From an uncultured Latescibacterota bacterium (GTDB lineage: Bacteria; Latescibacterota; UBA2968; UBA8231), in contig OX638377.1 in assembly GCA_951813615.1 (NCBI GenBank), positions 3,434,599 through 3,498,598 on the forward strand: a stretch of 64,000 nucleotides of DNA, read 5' to 3'. This document shows positions 38,729-47,956 of the stretch, piece after piece. Under the pieces are notes generated by a model. That model saw only the letters and a list, made by a program, of their open reading frames with translations. It was not told where the DNA came from and did no database searches. Each line of letters starts with the position of its first letter. Position 1 is the stretch's first letter. A program made the position numbers and the translations under genes.

Positions 38729-39940
38729 ATGTTCCTTCTGATCGCCGCGCTGGTGTTGATTGCCGCGCAACTTCCCGCCCAACAGCCCGAGCGCTACGCG
38801 ATCGAGCCGCTGGTTTCGCAGCTAGCCGAAGGCTATATCGACTGGACGCAACACGTGCTCTTTGCCTATGGCGAAAGCACCGCGCCCCCGGAGGTCACCG
38901 ATCCCGTGCAGCAGCGGCTCCACGGGTTGCGCAATGCCCGGGACGCGGCGTTCCGCAACATGCGCGAGCTAATCGGCCAAGTACGCCTCAACGCCGATAC
39001 CCAACTGCAAGACGCTGGCCTCGATCGCGATTTTCAAGAATTTGTCCGCGTGGCCATTGGCTCGCAAAGCGAGGACCAAGGACGCTATCGCATCGCCGTG
39101 CGACTGCTGTTACTAGGCGATTTCGCGGCCGCGGCCCTGCCCCAAGTCGAGCCTCTAGACCCAAGATCATACGACCTAAGCTACTTCGACGACGCCCCCG
39201 CAGCACCAACGACGACCGATTCGCTTGAGATGTCCGTTGCCACCGATTCACTCGCAATGACAGCCGCCGATTCACTCGCAATGACAGCCGCCGATTCACT
39301 CGCAATGACAGCCGCCGATTCACTCGCAATGACAGCCGTCGCCGATACCCTCGCTGTGTCAGCCACCACTGATTCCCTCGCCATGCCCGCTACTGCCGAT
39401 TCGCTAACGGCACCAGCCACCGCCGATTCCTTCGCGGCAGATGAAGTCGTGTTTTTCGTGCCCGAGGCACCCTATACGGGTCTGCTCGTCGATGTCCGCG
39501 GGCTCGGGCTGCAACCGAACATAGCACCGAGGGTGCTCAGCGCGGCGGGGCACGTAATTCACGGCGCGGCTACCGTGGACCGCAGACTCGCCGCAGACTA
39601 CGGAGTCGCCGGCTACGACGACGACATCGACCACGCCTATAAAAGCGAGCGGCTCGGCGGCGAGGAAGCCAATCCTTTTATCGTCAGGGCTACGGGCACG
39701 GCCGGTCGCTACTCGGGCGATGCCATCATCGACAACTTCGATGCCGCGCAGGTGCTGCAAGCCGATGAGGCCGGCGACTTCCTGCGCCAAGGCCGGGTGA
39801 CCTTCCTCCTCGGCCCCGAGCCAGCGGCCTTCGATGCTACCTATTTCGATTCTACCTATACTGACACTTTCATGTTAGAAGGAATGGAAGATGAGTTTGA
39901 GTTTTACGGGGAAATGGAACCAAGCGACCCAGCGGAATAA
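38729..39940 (+). CDS. Exported hypothetical protein (LPP20-like N-domain possible) with Ala/Thr/Asp-rich repeat linker
   Basis: Signal peptide; ARDAAFRNMRELIGQVRL; YTGLLVDVRGL C-domain; GAGAGG RBS. Confidence 0.75.
   Translation: MFLLIAALVLIAAQLPAQQPERYAIEPLVSQLAEGYIDWTQHVLFAYGESTAPPEVTDPVQQRLHGLRNARDAAFRNMRELIGQVRLNADTQLQDAGLDRDFQEFVRVAIGSQSEDQGRYRIAVRLLLLGDFAAAALPQVEPLDPRSYDLSYFDDAPAAPTTTDSLEMSVATDSLAMTAADSLAMTAADSLAMTAADSLAMTAVADTLAVSATTDSLAMPATADSLTAPATADSFAADEVVFFVPEAPYTGLLVDVRGLGLQPNIAPRVLSAAGHVIHGAATVDRRLAADYGVAGYDDDIDHAYKSERLGGEEANPFIVRATGTAGRYSGDAIIDNFDAAQVLQADEAGDFLRQGRVTFLLGPEPAAFDATYFDSTYTDTFMLEGMEDEFEFYGEMEPSDPAE
39243..39338 (+). repeat. Four perfect 24-bp tandem repeats (DSLAMTAA)
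   Basis: ccgattcactcgcaatgacagccg x4, flanked by degenerate copies. Confidence 0.95.
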
Positions 39941-40706
39941 CTCGCTGGTCTGCGTCGGGCTAGATACCGATCCCGCTCAGTTACCCGCCAGCGTCCGCGC
40001 CAAAGCCGATCCCGTCCTCTACTTCAACCAGCAAATCATCGACGCCACCTGCGACCTCGTTTGCTGCTACAAGCCCAACTTCGCTTTCTACAACGCCCTC
40101 GGCGCGGACGGCTTTGCCACGCTCAAACGCACTCTCGACCACATCCCCGAGGACATCCCGGTGCTCATCGACGCCAAGGTCGGCGACATGGGCAATACCG
40201 CCGAGCAATACGCCCGCGCCTTCTACGAAATCCTCGGCTGCGACGCGCTGACAGTGACGCCCTATTTGGGCCACGACTGCGTCGCGCCCTTCACCGCGTA
40301 CCAAGACCGCACCACCTTTATCGTCTGTCTGACCTCCAACCCAGGGGCTGACGATTTTCAGAAAAACCATCTAGGCGACCGGCCCCTATACGAGCGCGTC
40401 ATTGCCAAAGCCCACGAGTGGAACGCCGCCAACAACATCGGCCTAGTCGTCGGCGCGACTCAACCCGAGCACTTGGCCCACTTCCGCTCCCTAGCACCGG
40501 ATATGCCCTTGCTGATGCCCGGGATCGGCGCACAAGGCGGCTCTGTAGAACTAGCAGTCAAAAACGGCTGCGATGCTCGTGGCGCAGGCATCCTCATCAA
40601 CTCCTCGCGCGACATCCTCTACGCCTCCCAAGGCAGCGATTTCGCGAGCGCGGCCCGACAGGCGACCCTAACCCTGCGCGACACCATCAACGCCCACCGT
40701 CCCTGA
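39891..40706 (+). CDS. pyrF: Orotidine-5'-phosphate decarboxylase
   Basis: CVGLD, YKPNFAFY, DAKVGDMGNT, GLVVGAT, PGIGAQGG and NSSR motifs. Confidence 0.95.
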   Translation: MSLSFTGKWNQATQRNNSLVCVGLDTDPAQLPASVRAKADPVLYFNQQIIDATCDLVCCYKPNFAFYNALGADGFATLKRTLDHIPEDIPVLIDAKVGDMGNTAEQYARAFYEILGCDALTVTPYLGHDCVAPFTAYQDRTTFIVCLTSNPGADDFQKNHLGDRPLYERVIAKAHEWNAANNIGLVVGATQPEHLAHFRSLAPDMPLLMPGIGAQGGSVELAVKNGCDARGAGILINSSRDILYASQGSDFASAARQATLTLRDTINAHRP

Positions 40707-40713
40707 GCCGTTG

Positions 40714-40742
40714 TTGCCATCGTCTATAGCTATATCTATTTT
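40714..40742 (+). promoter_or_regulatory. Possible sigma70 promoter for tRNA-Pro
   Basis: TTGCCA-17 nt-TATTTT just upstream of the tRNA. Confidence 0.4.
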
Positions 40743-40753
40743 TTGCAACGAGT

Positions 40754-40831
40754 CGGGGTGTGGCGCAGTCCGGTTAGCGCACCTGCTTTGGGAGCAGGAT
40801 GTCGTCGGTTCGAATCCGACCACCCCGACCA
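40754..40831 (+). tRNA. tRNA-Pro(TGG)
   Basis: Acceptor cggggtg/caccccg, anticodon arm cctgc-tttggga-gcagg, GTTCGAATC T-loop, encoded CCA. Confidence 0.96.
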
Positions 40832-40899
40832 CCCCTTTCCCTCCAGCACCCCTCCCTTCGCCCAGCGAAATTCGCAGCCCTTCGCGGCAAGGATAAACC

Positions 40900-42237
40900 A
40901 TGGCACGAGAAATCAAGGCTTTGCTCGACGAGGAAATTGCAGCGTACGCAGTGCGCAATCCCCGTTCGCAGGCGATGTTTGCGCGGGCCAAGCAATCGCT
41001 GCCGGGCGGCAACACGCGCACTGGCGTCCACATTGATCCTTTTCCCCTATACGCCGACCGAGGCGAGGGAGCCTATCTCTACGACATCGACGGGCACTGT
41101 CTGACCGACTTCGTCAACAACAACACAGCCCTGCCCTTGGGCCATGCCCATCCCGCCATCGTCGACGCGCTGCGCGAACAAATCGGTCTCGGCACTGGGT
41201 TTTCACGACCCCTCGTCCTCGAAGTGGAGATGGCCGAGATGCTCCGCGAGCGCATGCCCGCGCTGGAGAGAGTGCGCTTTTGTTCCTCGGGCACTGAAGC
41301 CGTGCTCAACGCCCTGCGCGTGGCGCGGGCCCATACCGGACGCACCAAAGTCGCCAAGTTTGAGGGAGCCTACCACGGGATCGACGACAGCGCGCTAGTG
41401 AGCTACTTGCCGCCGCTGGGGCCGGAGCTAGGGCCAGCAAGCAAGCCGCAGGGCGTGGCCTCTTCGGCCGGACTGATGGCCCGCACTCTCGACGAGGTAG
41501 TCGTGCTGCCCTTCAACGACGCGGCGACCTGCGCCGAGATCATCAACGACAACGCCCAAGACCTAGCCGCCGTGATCGTGGACCCGCTCTCCACAGCCGC
41601 CGGGCTGACGCTGCCAGAGCCCGGTTTTTTGTCGAGCCTGCGCGAGGCGACCACCCGCGCCGGTGCCCTGCTGATCTTCGACGAAATCGTCAGCTTCCGC
41701 TTTGGCCCGGGCGGGACGCACACGGCCTATCAAGTACAGCCCGATCTAATCTGTTTGGGCAAGGTAATCGCCGGAGGGACGCCCGGTGCAGCTTTCGGCG
41801 GCCGCGCCGACGCCATGGACCTATACGACCCAGCCGACGGGCCGCAGATCCAACAGTCCGGGACCTTCAACGCCAACCCCATCGCCCTAGTCGCCGGCTT
41901 GCAGACGCTCCAAGCGCTAACTCCAGAGGCGTACGAACAGATGGAAGGGCTAGCGCGGCGAGCGGCTGAGGGATTGGAGGCCGCGTTTGGCGAGGCAGGT
42001 GTTGCCATACAGGTAGTCGTGGCCGGGTCCATATTCCGGCTGTACTTCCTCGAACAGCCGCCGCGCAATTTCCGCCAAGCAGCGCAGGACGACGCGCAGA
42101 TGCACCGCTGGCTGTTCTTCGCTCTGCTCAACAGGGGGCTGTACACGCGGACGGGCGGCAACGTATCGCTGGCGACCGAGACTCACCACATCGACGCGCT
42201 GGTGCAGGGAGTGCGCGAGGTGGTGCAAGTACTGTAA
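40900..42237 (+). CDS. Class III aminotransferase (glutamate-1-semialdehyde aminomutase-like)
   Basis: LPGGNTR, SGTEA, KFEGAYHG, LIFDEI, LGKVIAGG and SGTFNANP motifs. Confidence 0.9.
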   Translation: MAREIKALLDEEIAAYAVRNPRSQAMFARAKQSLPGGNTRTGVHIDPFPLYADRGEGAYLYDIDGHCLTDFVNNNTALPLGHAHPAIVDALREQIGLGTGFSRPLVLEVEMAEMLRERMPALERVRFCSSGTEAVLNALRVARAHTGRTKVAKFEGAYHGIDDSALVSYLPPLGPELGPASKPQGVASSAGLMARTLDEVVVLPFNDAATCAEIINDNAQDLAAVIVDPLSTAAGLTLPEPGFLSSLREATTRAGALLIFDEIVSFRFGPGGTHTAYQVQPDLICLGKVIAGGTPGAAFGGRADAMDLYDPADGPQIQQSGTFNANPIALVAGLQTLQALTPEAYEQMEGLARRAAEGLEAAFGEAGVAIQVVVAGSIFRLYFLEQPPRNFRQAAQDDAQMHRWLFFALLNRGLYTRTGGNVSLATETHHIDALVQGVREVVQVL

Positions 42238-42245
42238 CTCCCCGC

Positions 42246-42602
42246 ATGACCAATAGCGCATGGCGGCGTATACTTCTGTGGAGCCTGTCCCTGAGCATGG
42301 TTTGCTGCGGCGGTTGGGGCCGCCAGCCTCCGTCAGCAGAGCCGCCAACCACGGCCACAGCAACAGCCCACTACGCCTATTACTGTGCCGACTGCCACGG
42401 ACCCGACATGGATGGGGGCATGGCTAGCAGCCTGATCGACAGCCGCTGGGATTACGGTGCAAGCGACGCGGCCATCTTCGCGAGCATTGCCGTGGGGATT
42501 CCCGAGGACGGCATGCCCGGGTTTGGCGCGGTGCTGGACGCAGCCCAAATCGACGCGTTGGTGCGCCTGATGCGGGAGGCCGAGCGCACGCAATCCCATT
42601 AA
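42246..42602 (+). CDS. Small class I c-type cytochrome
   Basis: CADCH heme motif; GMPGF distal Met; N-terminal signal. Confidence 0.85.
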   Translation: MTNSAWRRILLWSLSLSMVCCGGWGRQPPSAEPPTTATATAHYAYYCADCHGPDMDGGMASSLIDSRWDYGASDAAIFASIAVGIPEDGMPGFGAVLDAAQIDALVRLMREAERTQSH

Positions 42603-42693
42603 TCCCCCACCGATTTTCTCCGATCTTGCCATTGATGCGAATACGGGCGCTAGCATTTATGGTATAGCTATATAACCGAAGGTTTAAAAAAAC

Positions 42694-43830
42694 ATGCGAT
42701 ACAGCATCTATCTAGTTTGCATCCTCGCCATTGCAGGAGACGCCGCAGCCCAACAGATCGTCCAATCCGAGGAACACACCTTTCGCGTCGAGACCTTCGC
42801 CACCGGCTTGGGTGTACCATGGGGCCTCGCTTTTCTGCCGGATGGACGCTTGTTGGTCACCGAGCGCGAGGGACGGCTACGTATCGTCGACACCAACGGC
42901 GAGGTCTCGCCGCCCATCGACGGCGTGCCCACAGTGGTTGCCAAGGGACAGGGCGGGCTGATGGACGTGACCTTGCACCCCCAGTACGCGGAGACCGGCT
43001 GGATTTACCTCAGTTACTCCGATCCTCTGCCCGGTCCGTTGGGTGGCATGCTGAGTTATACGGCCATCAGCCGCGGACGACTGCAAGAGGAGGGGTTGGT
43101 CGATGTAGAAGTAGTTCATCGCGTCCCGGATCAATTCTACACTCGGCACTCCCACCACTACGGCTCGCGCATCGTCTTCGACCGCGAGGGCTATCTGTAC
43201 CATGCAATCGGCGACCGCGGCCAGCGGCCCCTCGCCCAAAACGTGAAGCTGCCCAATGGCAAAATCCACCGCTTGCACGACAGCGGCGGCATCCCGTCCG
43301 ACAACCCCTTCGTCGGCAGCAACGGAGCCATTGCGTCGATCTGGTCCTACGGCCATCGCAACCCCCAAGGCATGGCCATGCACCCGGAGACCGACCAACT
43401 GTGGGCAGCCGAACACGGCCCCAAGGGCGGCGACGAACTCAACCTCGTGCGTCGAGGGCTAAACTACGGCTGGCCAGCCATTACCTACGGCATCAACTAC
43501 GACGGCACGCCCATTACCGACCAAACCCAAGGCGACGGCATGGAGCAGCCACAAACCTATTGGGTGCCGTCGATAGCGGTCTGCGGCATTGACTTTTACA
43601 CCGGCGAGCAATTCGGCAACTGGCAAAACGACCTGCTGGTGACCTCGCTGCGCTTCAACCGCCTGCACCGACTGCAATTGAAGAACACAGAAGTGGTACG
43701 CGATGAGATCGTGTACCAAGGCGAGTCGCGGATGCGCGACGTGCAAACCGGGCCGGACGGCGCAATCTATCTCGCGGTGGAAGACCCGGGGCGGATTTTG
43801 CGGCTGGTGCCGATAGAGCAGGGACAGTGA
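42694..43830 (+). CDS. PQQ-dependent glucose/sorbosone (aldose sugar) dehydrogenase
   Basis: PWGLAFLPDG, GQGGLMDV, SYGHRNPQG, EHGPKGGDELN and NYGWP motifs. Confidence 0.92.
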   Translation: MRYSIYLVCILAIAGDAAAQQIVQSEEHTFRVETFATGLGVPWGLAFLPDGRLLVTEREGRLRIVDTNGEVSPPIDGVPTVVAKGQGGLMDVTLHPQYAETGWIYLSYSDPLPGPLGGMLSYTAISRGRLQEEGLVDVEVVHRVPDQFYTRHSHHYGSRIVFDREGYLYHAIGDRGQRPLAQNVKLPNGKIHRLHDSGGIPSDNPFVGSNGAIASIWSYGHRNPQGMAMHPETDQLWAAEHGPKGGDELNLVRRGLNYGWPAITYGINYDGTPITDQTQGDGMEQPQTYWVPSIAVCGIDFYTGEQFGNWQNDLLVTSLRFNRLHRLQLKNTEVVRDEIVYQGESRMRDVQTGPDGAIYLAVEDPGRILRLVPIEQGQ

Positions 43831-43894
43831 GACGGAGATAGTCCACTCGCGATGTATTACCTTATTATCTGTATATGGGCAAGGATCGAGATAT

Positions 43895-44740
43895 ATGAAC
43901 CACATCCAAATTATAGAGCAAGTTTACAACGCACTCTCTGCGAAGATCACCCAAGGCGAGATCCCTATTTCTCTTCGAGCCCCTACCTTAGTCGGCACAG
44001 TCCAAGACGCCCCATTTGACTGCTGGGTTGCGGATACGATCAGAGATGTGCTTCCAGATATCGAAGTATTCCACTCAGGGAAACTGACTACTCCGGATCT
44101 CGTGTTGAGATACAAGACGACCAACTCACTGCTCGGTCTCGAGGTCAAAAAGCTCATCCAAAAGGAGGACGGCAAAGACCCACGAGGTCTTACCATCGAC
44201 TACAATAGCTGTCTTCCCTGTGGAAAAGCCCTCGTGAAGGTCGGCGAGAACACTGTCGAGGTGCCTTGCTTTTATTTTTTTGCACTTCTCAGTCCCAATA
44301 GTTCTTCGATGGTCACAACAATCCTGACGGACGGAGACTTCCTCAACTACGATTTTGATCTTCATAAAGACGCAAAGTATGCAAATCAAAGCGAGTATAA
44401 CCATGGTCCATACGGAGAAGGCTCCGTCCGCCATCGCAAGATGTACACCTATCCAAATCCACTCAACTACAAGCTGAGCTTTTTTTATTTGCGCCACCTT
44501 CTAATCGTGAAACAATACGACCTTCCATCTATTGCGGCACGAAGAGTCTCCTGCACAGACTTGATTATCCGTGATGACAAGTATAAGAACTCTTTTCGCT
44601 ACATCGTGATCGATGCTACGAAAAATAGAGCGAAGCCGTTGCCACTCGATGAGCTGCCCGTGCAGCAAGACGTTTTTAAGATGTGCAAAGCGCGTAGGCC
44701 AAAGGAGCGAACCGCCTCCATGCCGCAGCTCCCGGAGTAA
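43895..44740 (+). CDS. Putative PD-(D/E)XK restriction endonuclease
   Basis: TTPDLVL...GLEVKK motif; directly upstream of an MTase; AT-richer than flanks. Confidence 0.65.
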   Translation: MNHIQIIEQVYNALSAKITQGEIPISLRAPTLVGTVQDAPFDCWVADTIRDVLPDIEVFHSGKLTTPDLVLRYKTTNSLLGLEVKKLIQKEDGKDPRGLTIDYNSCLPCGKALVKVGENTVEVPCFYFFALLSPNSSSMVTTILTDGDFLNYDFDLHKDAKYANQSEYNHGPYGEGSVRHRKMYTYPNPLNYKLSFFYLRHLLIVKQYDLPSIAARRVSCTDLIIRDDKYKNSFRYIVIDATKNRAKPLPLDELPVQQDVFKMCKARRPKERTASMPQLPE

Positions 44741-44743
44741 AGG

Positions 44744-46936
44744 ATGCCCCGACTCATAGAGAACGATTTTCCGTATGCTCGTCTTTCCGTGATTGCAGAG
44801 GCCGAATCGTGGAGAAAAGAAGTCCACCGTCCAGTCTATTACATCCATAAATGGTGGGCGCGTAGATTGGGATCTGTTTTTCGGGGTATTTTGCTGGGTG
44901 CATGTCTCGACGAGAAAGAGGACTTCTGGAAGTGCTTTTATGGGAAGAACGATTTTGCTAAAACTGTAATTTTTGACCCTTTCATGGGGAGTGGAGTTAC
45001 CATAGGAGAAGCGATTAAGCTTGGTTGTACCACTTTAGGTCAAGATATCAATCCAGTTTCGTATCTCGCATGTCGTGCTGCCTTCACGAAGTACGATCCG
45101 TCCGAAGTCGTCGCTACATATCAACTCCTTGAGCACACGGTCGGCCCCAAACTACTGAACTACTTCGAGACGCGAACAGAAGAAGGTAGTAGGGCAACCG
45201 TACTGTACTACTTTCTCGTCAAGGTTGTGTCATGTCCACAATGCGACGAACAGATCGACCTTTTCAAGTCTCGTATTTTCTCAAAGAACGCCGTCCCGCG
45301 CAAAGACCCTAGTGCCCGTGCACTTTGCCCTAGTTGCGGTGCCGTTAACGCGACTCTCTATGATGCTGATTACGTGAAGTGCTCGGATTGTGGCACAACG
45401 TACAACCCACAACAAGGCAATATCAAAGGGGCGAAAGTCGAATGCGATAAATGCGGCCATACATTCCGCCTTGTTGAGCGGATGAAATCAATACGTGGCC
45501 CTCTTGGTTATCGCCGGTACGCCAAGATGATTCTCACCACGGATGGACAAAAACGATACGCTTCTATGAATGCTTTCGATGACGCCCTTTTAGAAGACAT
45601 CGCACAAGAGTTTACTTCCATCAGATCCTCCTTTCCTCAGATTGAAATCACACCGGGTTACAATACAAATCAGATTTTGAAGCACAACTACCGCTTCTGG
45701 CACGAGTTGTTTTCCGATAGACAGCTCCTTTGCATCCACCACTTACGGGAAGCGATTCGTCAGATTGACCACGCCGATCATAGACTCCTCTTTGCCTGTC
45801 TGTTCTCTGGAGTGCTTGAGTTCAATAACCTATTTGCATCTTTCAAGGGGGAAGGAACAGGGGCCGTACGGCACATGTTTTCACATCATGTCCTCAAACC
45901 TGAAGTGATGCCAATTGAAGCAAATGTCTGGGGTACGAGTAAGTCGTCTGGATCATTTTCTACCTTGTTCCGCTCTCGCATCCTAAATGCGCTTGCCTAC
46001 AAAGCTGATCCAACAGAACTCTATGTGACATCGGGGAAGAACAGTAAAGTTGGAGGAATCAATCGACCTCTCGCCATCCCGGTTTCCAACGAGTTTGCCT
46101 TGTCCAATAATGGGAACGACGCAGTTTATCTCACTCAAGGCGATTCCAGTCGTACCAGTATTCCAGCCCGCAGTGTGGATATCATTGTAACTGATCCCCC
46201 ATTCTTCGACAATGTTCACTACTCCCAACTCGCCGATTTTTTCTTTTACTGGCTTAACCAGCTTTTGGATTATTCCAAAGCCGAAACGACGAGACGGAAA
46301 GACGAAGTCCAAGATACGAGTTCTGTTCTCTTCGCAAACAAACTGACATCCGTGTTCTCCGAATGCCACCGCGTTCTCAAGCATACCGGGCTTCTCGTGT
46401 TCTCCTATCACCATGCTCGACACGAAGGGTGGACATGTGTCCATAGAGCTATACGACATGCCGGATTCGTGTGCAAACAGGCTTATCCGATTAAGGCTGA
46501 AATGTCTGTTTCCACGCCTCTGAAACAGGCAAAGACGCCGATACATTTGGACTTGATACTCGTCTGCGGCAAGGAAAACAACGGGATTGCCCACCACGTC
46601 GCTAACGTCGACATTACTCATGTTCTCCGCAGTGCAGAGGACCAAATTCGCGCCCTCAAATCGGCTAATATATCCGTCTCACTTGGAGATGCGAAGGTGA
46701 TTCTCATGGGACGCTTCCTATGCGAAGCTCACCGCCTGTGGAACCTGGACAAGGAAGAGACGTTCCTGGCCGATATTGAAAGACATATTGACGACTACGT
46801 AGCTGACGTGATCAAAGTCCAAGGAGAGGCTCTATATACACAAGACCCCTCTGAACAACTGGTCCTTTTTGAAGAGATGGCCAAGTATTTGACCCATAGG
46901 GAGAATTCGGAACAAGGCGGTAAATCGCGGCCTTAA
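44744..46936 (+). CDS. Amino (N6A/N4C) DNA methyltransferase with zinc ribbons (DUF1156/COG1743-like)
   Basis: IHKWWARR, FDPFMGSG (motif I), four CxxC pairs, TDPPF (motif IV). Confidence 0.88.
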   Translation: MPRLIENDFPYARLSVIAEAESWRKEVHRPVYYIHKWWARRLGSVFRGILLGACLDEKEDFWKCFYGKNDFAKTVIFDPFMGSGVTIGEAIKLGCTTLGQDINPVSYLACRAAFTKYDPSEVVATYQLLEHTVGPKLLNYFETRTEEGSRATVLYYFLVKVVSCPQCDEQIDLFKSRIFSKNAVPRKDPSARALCPSCGAVNATLYDADYVKCSDCGTTYNPQQGNIKGAKVECDKCGHTFRLVERMKSIRGPLGYRRYAKMILTTDGQKRYASMNAFDDALLEDIAQEFTSIRSSFPQIEITPGYNTNQILKHNYRFWHELFSDRQLLCIHHLREAIRQIDHADHRLLFACLFSGVLEFNNLFASFKGEGTGAVRHMFSHHVLKPEVMPIEANVWGTSKSSGSFSTLFRSRILNALAYKADPTELYVTSGKNSKVGGINRPLAIPVSNEFALSNNGNDAVYLTQGDSSRTSIPARSVDIIVTDPPFFDNVHYSQLADFFFYWLNQLLDYSKAETTRRKDEVQDTSSVLFANKLTSVFSECHRVLKHTGLLVFSYHHARHEGWTCVHRAIRHAGFVCKQAYPIKAEMSVSTPLKQAKTPIHLDLILVCGKENNGIAHHVANVDITHVLRSAEDQIRALKSANISVSLGDAKVILMGRFLCEAHRLWNLDKEETFLADIERHIDDYVADVIKVQGEALYTQDPSEQLVLFEEMAKYLTHRENSEQGGKSRP

Positions 46937-46966
46937 ATGAGGTTGGACGTAAAGAAAGCAACAAAC

Positions 46967-47956
46967 ATGGAAAAGCGAACGCTTGGCCGCACGGGCCTTG
47001 AAGTCAGTATACTGGGAATGGGCGGCCTGTACGTCTCCAGCGCGGGTGACCGTGGACGCGATGAAGCATGCCGCGCCGTCCACCGCGCCCTTGAACTCGG
47101 CGTAAATTACGTGGATACAGCACCTAACTACCGCGACAGCGAAGAAGTTTTAGGCATCGCGCTTGAAGGCGTGCAGCAGCCGTACTTCCTCGCGACAAAA
47201 CTCGGCGGCCGGCCGCAGCCGTTTAATCCGCAAGATAAAGATCTCTTGCGGCAGTCGGTCGATGAAAGCCTGCGCTTACTCAAACGCGATTACATCGATG
47301 TCCTATTGATACACGAGCCTGACCGTCCCGGTCAGTACGATTGGTGGACGGACTACGACAATTTCCACGGGCCCGTCTGCGAGTTGTTGGAGGAACTGAA
47401 AGCGGAAAACATCATCCGCTTCACCGGACTCGGCGGCACCACCGCTTATCAGCTGCCGCTCATTATGGCAACGGGCAACTACGATGTCGTCTTAACGGCG
47501 TTCAACTACAGCTTGCTCTGGCGAGAAGCAACCATCGCCATCTTCCCCGAAGCCGAGCGACAGAATATGGGCGTTATCATCGGCTCGCCGCTGCAACAGG
47601 GAGCCCTATCGCGACGCTACCCCGAAATAGAAACTGGGACGCCGTGGCTGAGCCCGCCACGCCAGCAACAGTTTCAGCGGCTTTACGCATTTCTGGATGA
47701 AATCGAACTATCGCTACCAGAAGCTGCGCTCCGCCTGATGGTCGCCACCCCGCAAATCTCTACGGTCTTGATGGGAGCGCGATCGGTGGAGGAAGTGGAA
47801 CAGAATGTGCGCGCGGTTGCAGCCGGGCCGCTGCCGTCGGATGTCCTCGCCCAGCTTCAAGAGATTGCCGATATGGTGCCATTCCGGCCATATGAAGAGC
47901 CGTTTGGCTTGCCGTTTGGCCGGCCATACAAGGGGCCTGGCCAAGCCGGCAGATAG
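46967..47956 (+). CDS. Aldo/keto reductase
   Basis: LGRTGLEVS, VDTAPNY..SE, SLRLLKRDYIDVLLIH motifs. Confidence 0.92.
   Translation: MEKRTLGRTGLEVSILGMGGLYVSSAGDRGRDEACRAVHRALELGVNYVDTAPNYRDSEEVLGIALEGVQQPYFLATKLGGRPQPFNPQDKDLLRQSVDESLRLLKRDYIDVLLIHEPDRPGQYDWWTDYDNFHGPVCELLEELKAENIIRFTGLGGTTAYQLPLIMATGNYDVVLTAFNYSLLWREATIAIFPEAERQNMGVIIGSPLQQGALSRRYPEIETGTPWLSPPRQQQFQRLYAFLDEIELSLPEAALRLMVATPQISTVLMGARSVEEVEQNVRAVAAGPLPSDVLAQLQEIADMVPFRPYEEPFGLPFGRPYKGPGQAGR

Noticed and set aside
39243..39338. 24-bp repeats as a CRISPR array
   Set aside because: Repeats are head-to-tail with no spacers, lie in frame within a CDS, and no cas genes are present.
40754..40831. tRNA-Pro as an integration site for an island
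   Set aside because: No duplicated tRNA 3' end or integrase was seen in the window; downstream genes look native.
40900..42237. Calling the aminotransferase hemL
   Set aside because: Family motifs are present but the sequence is divergent and there is no heme-biosynthesis context, so no symbol was assigned.
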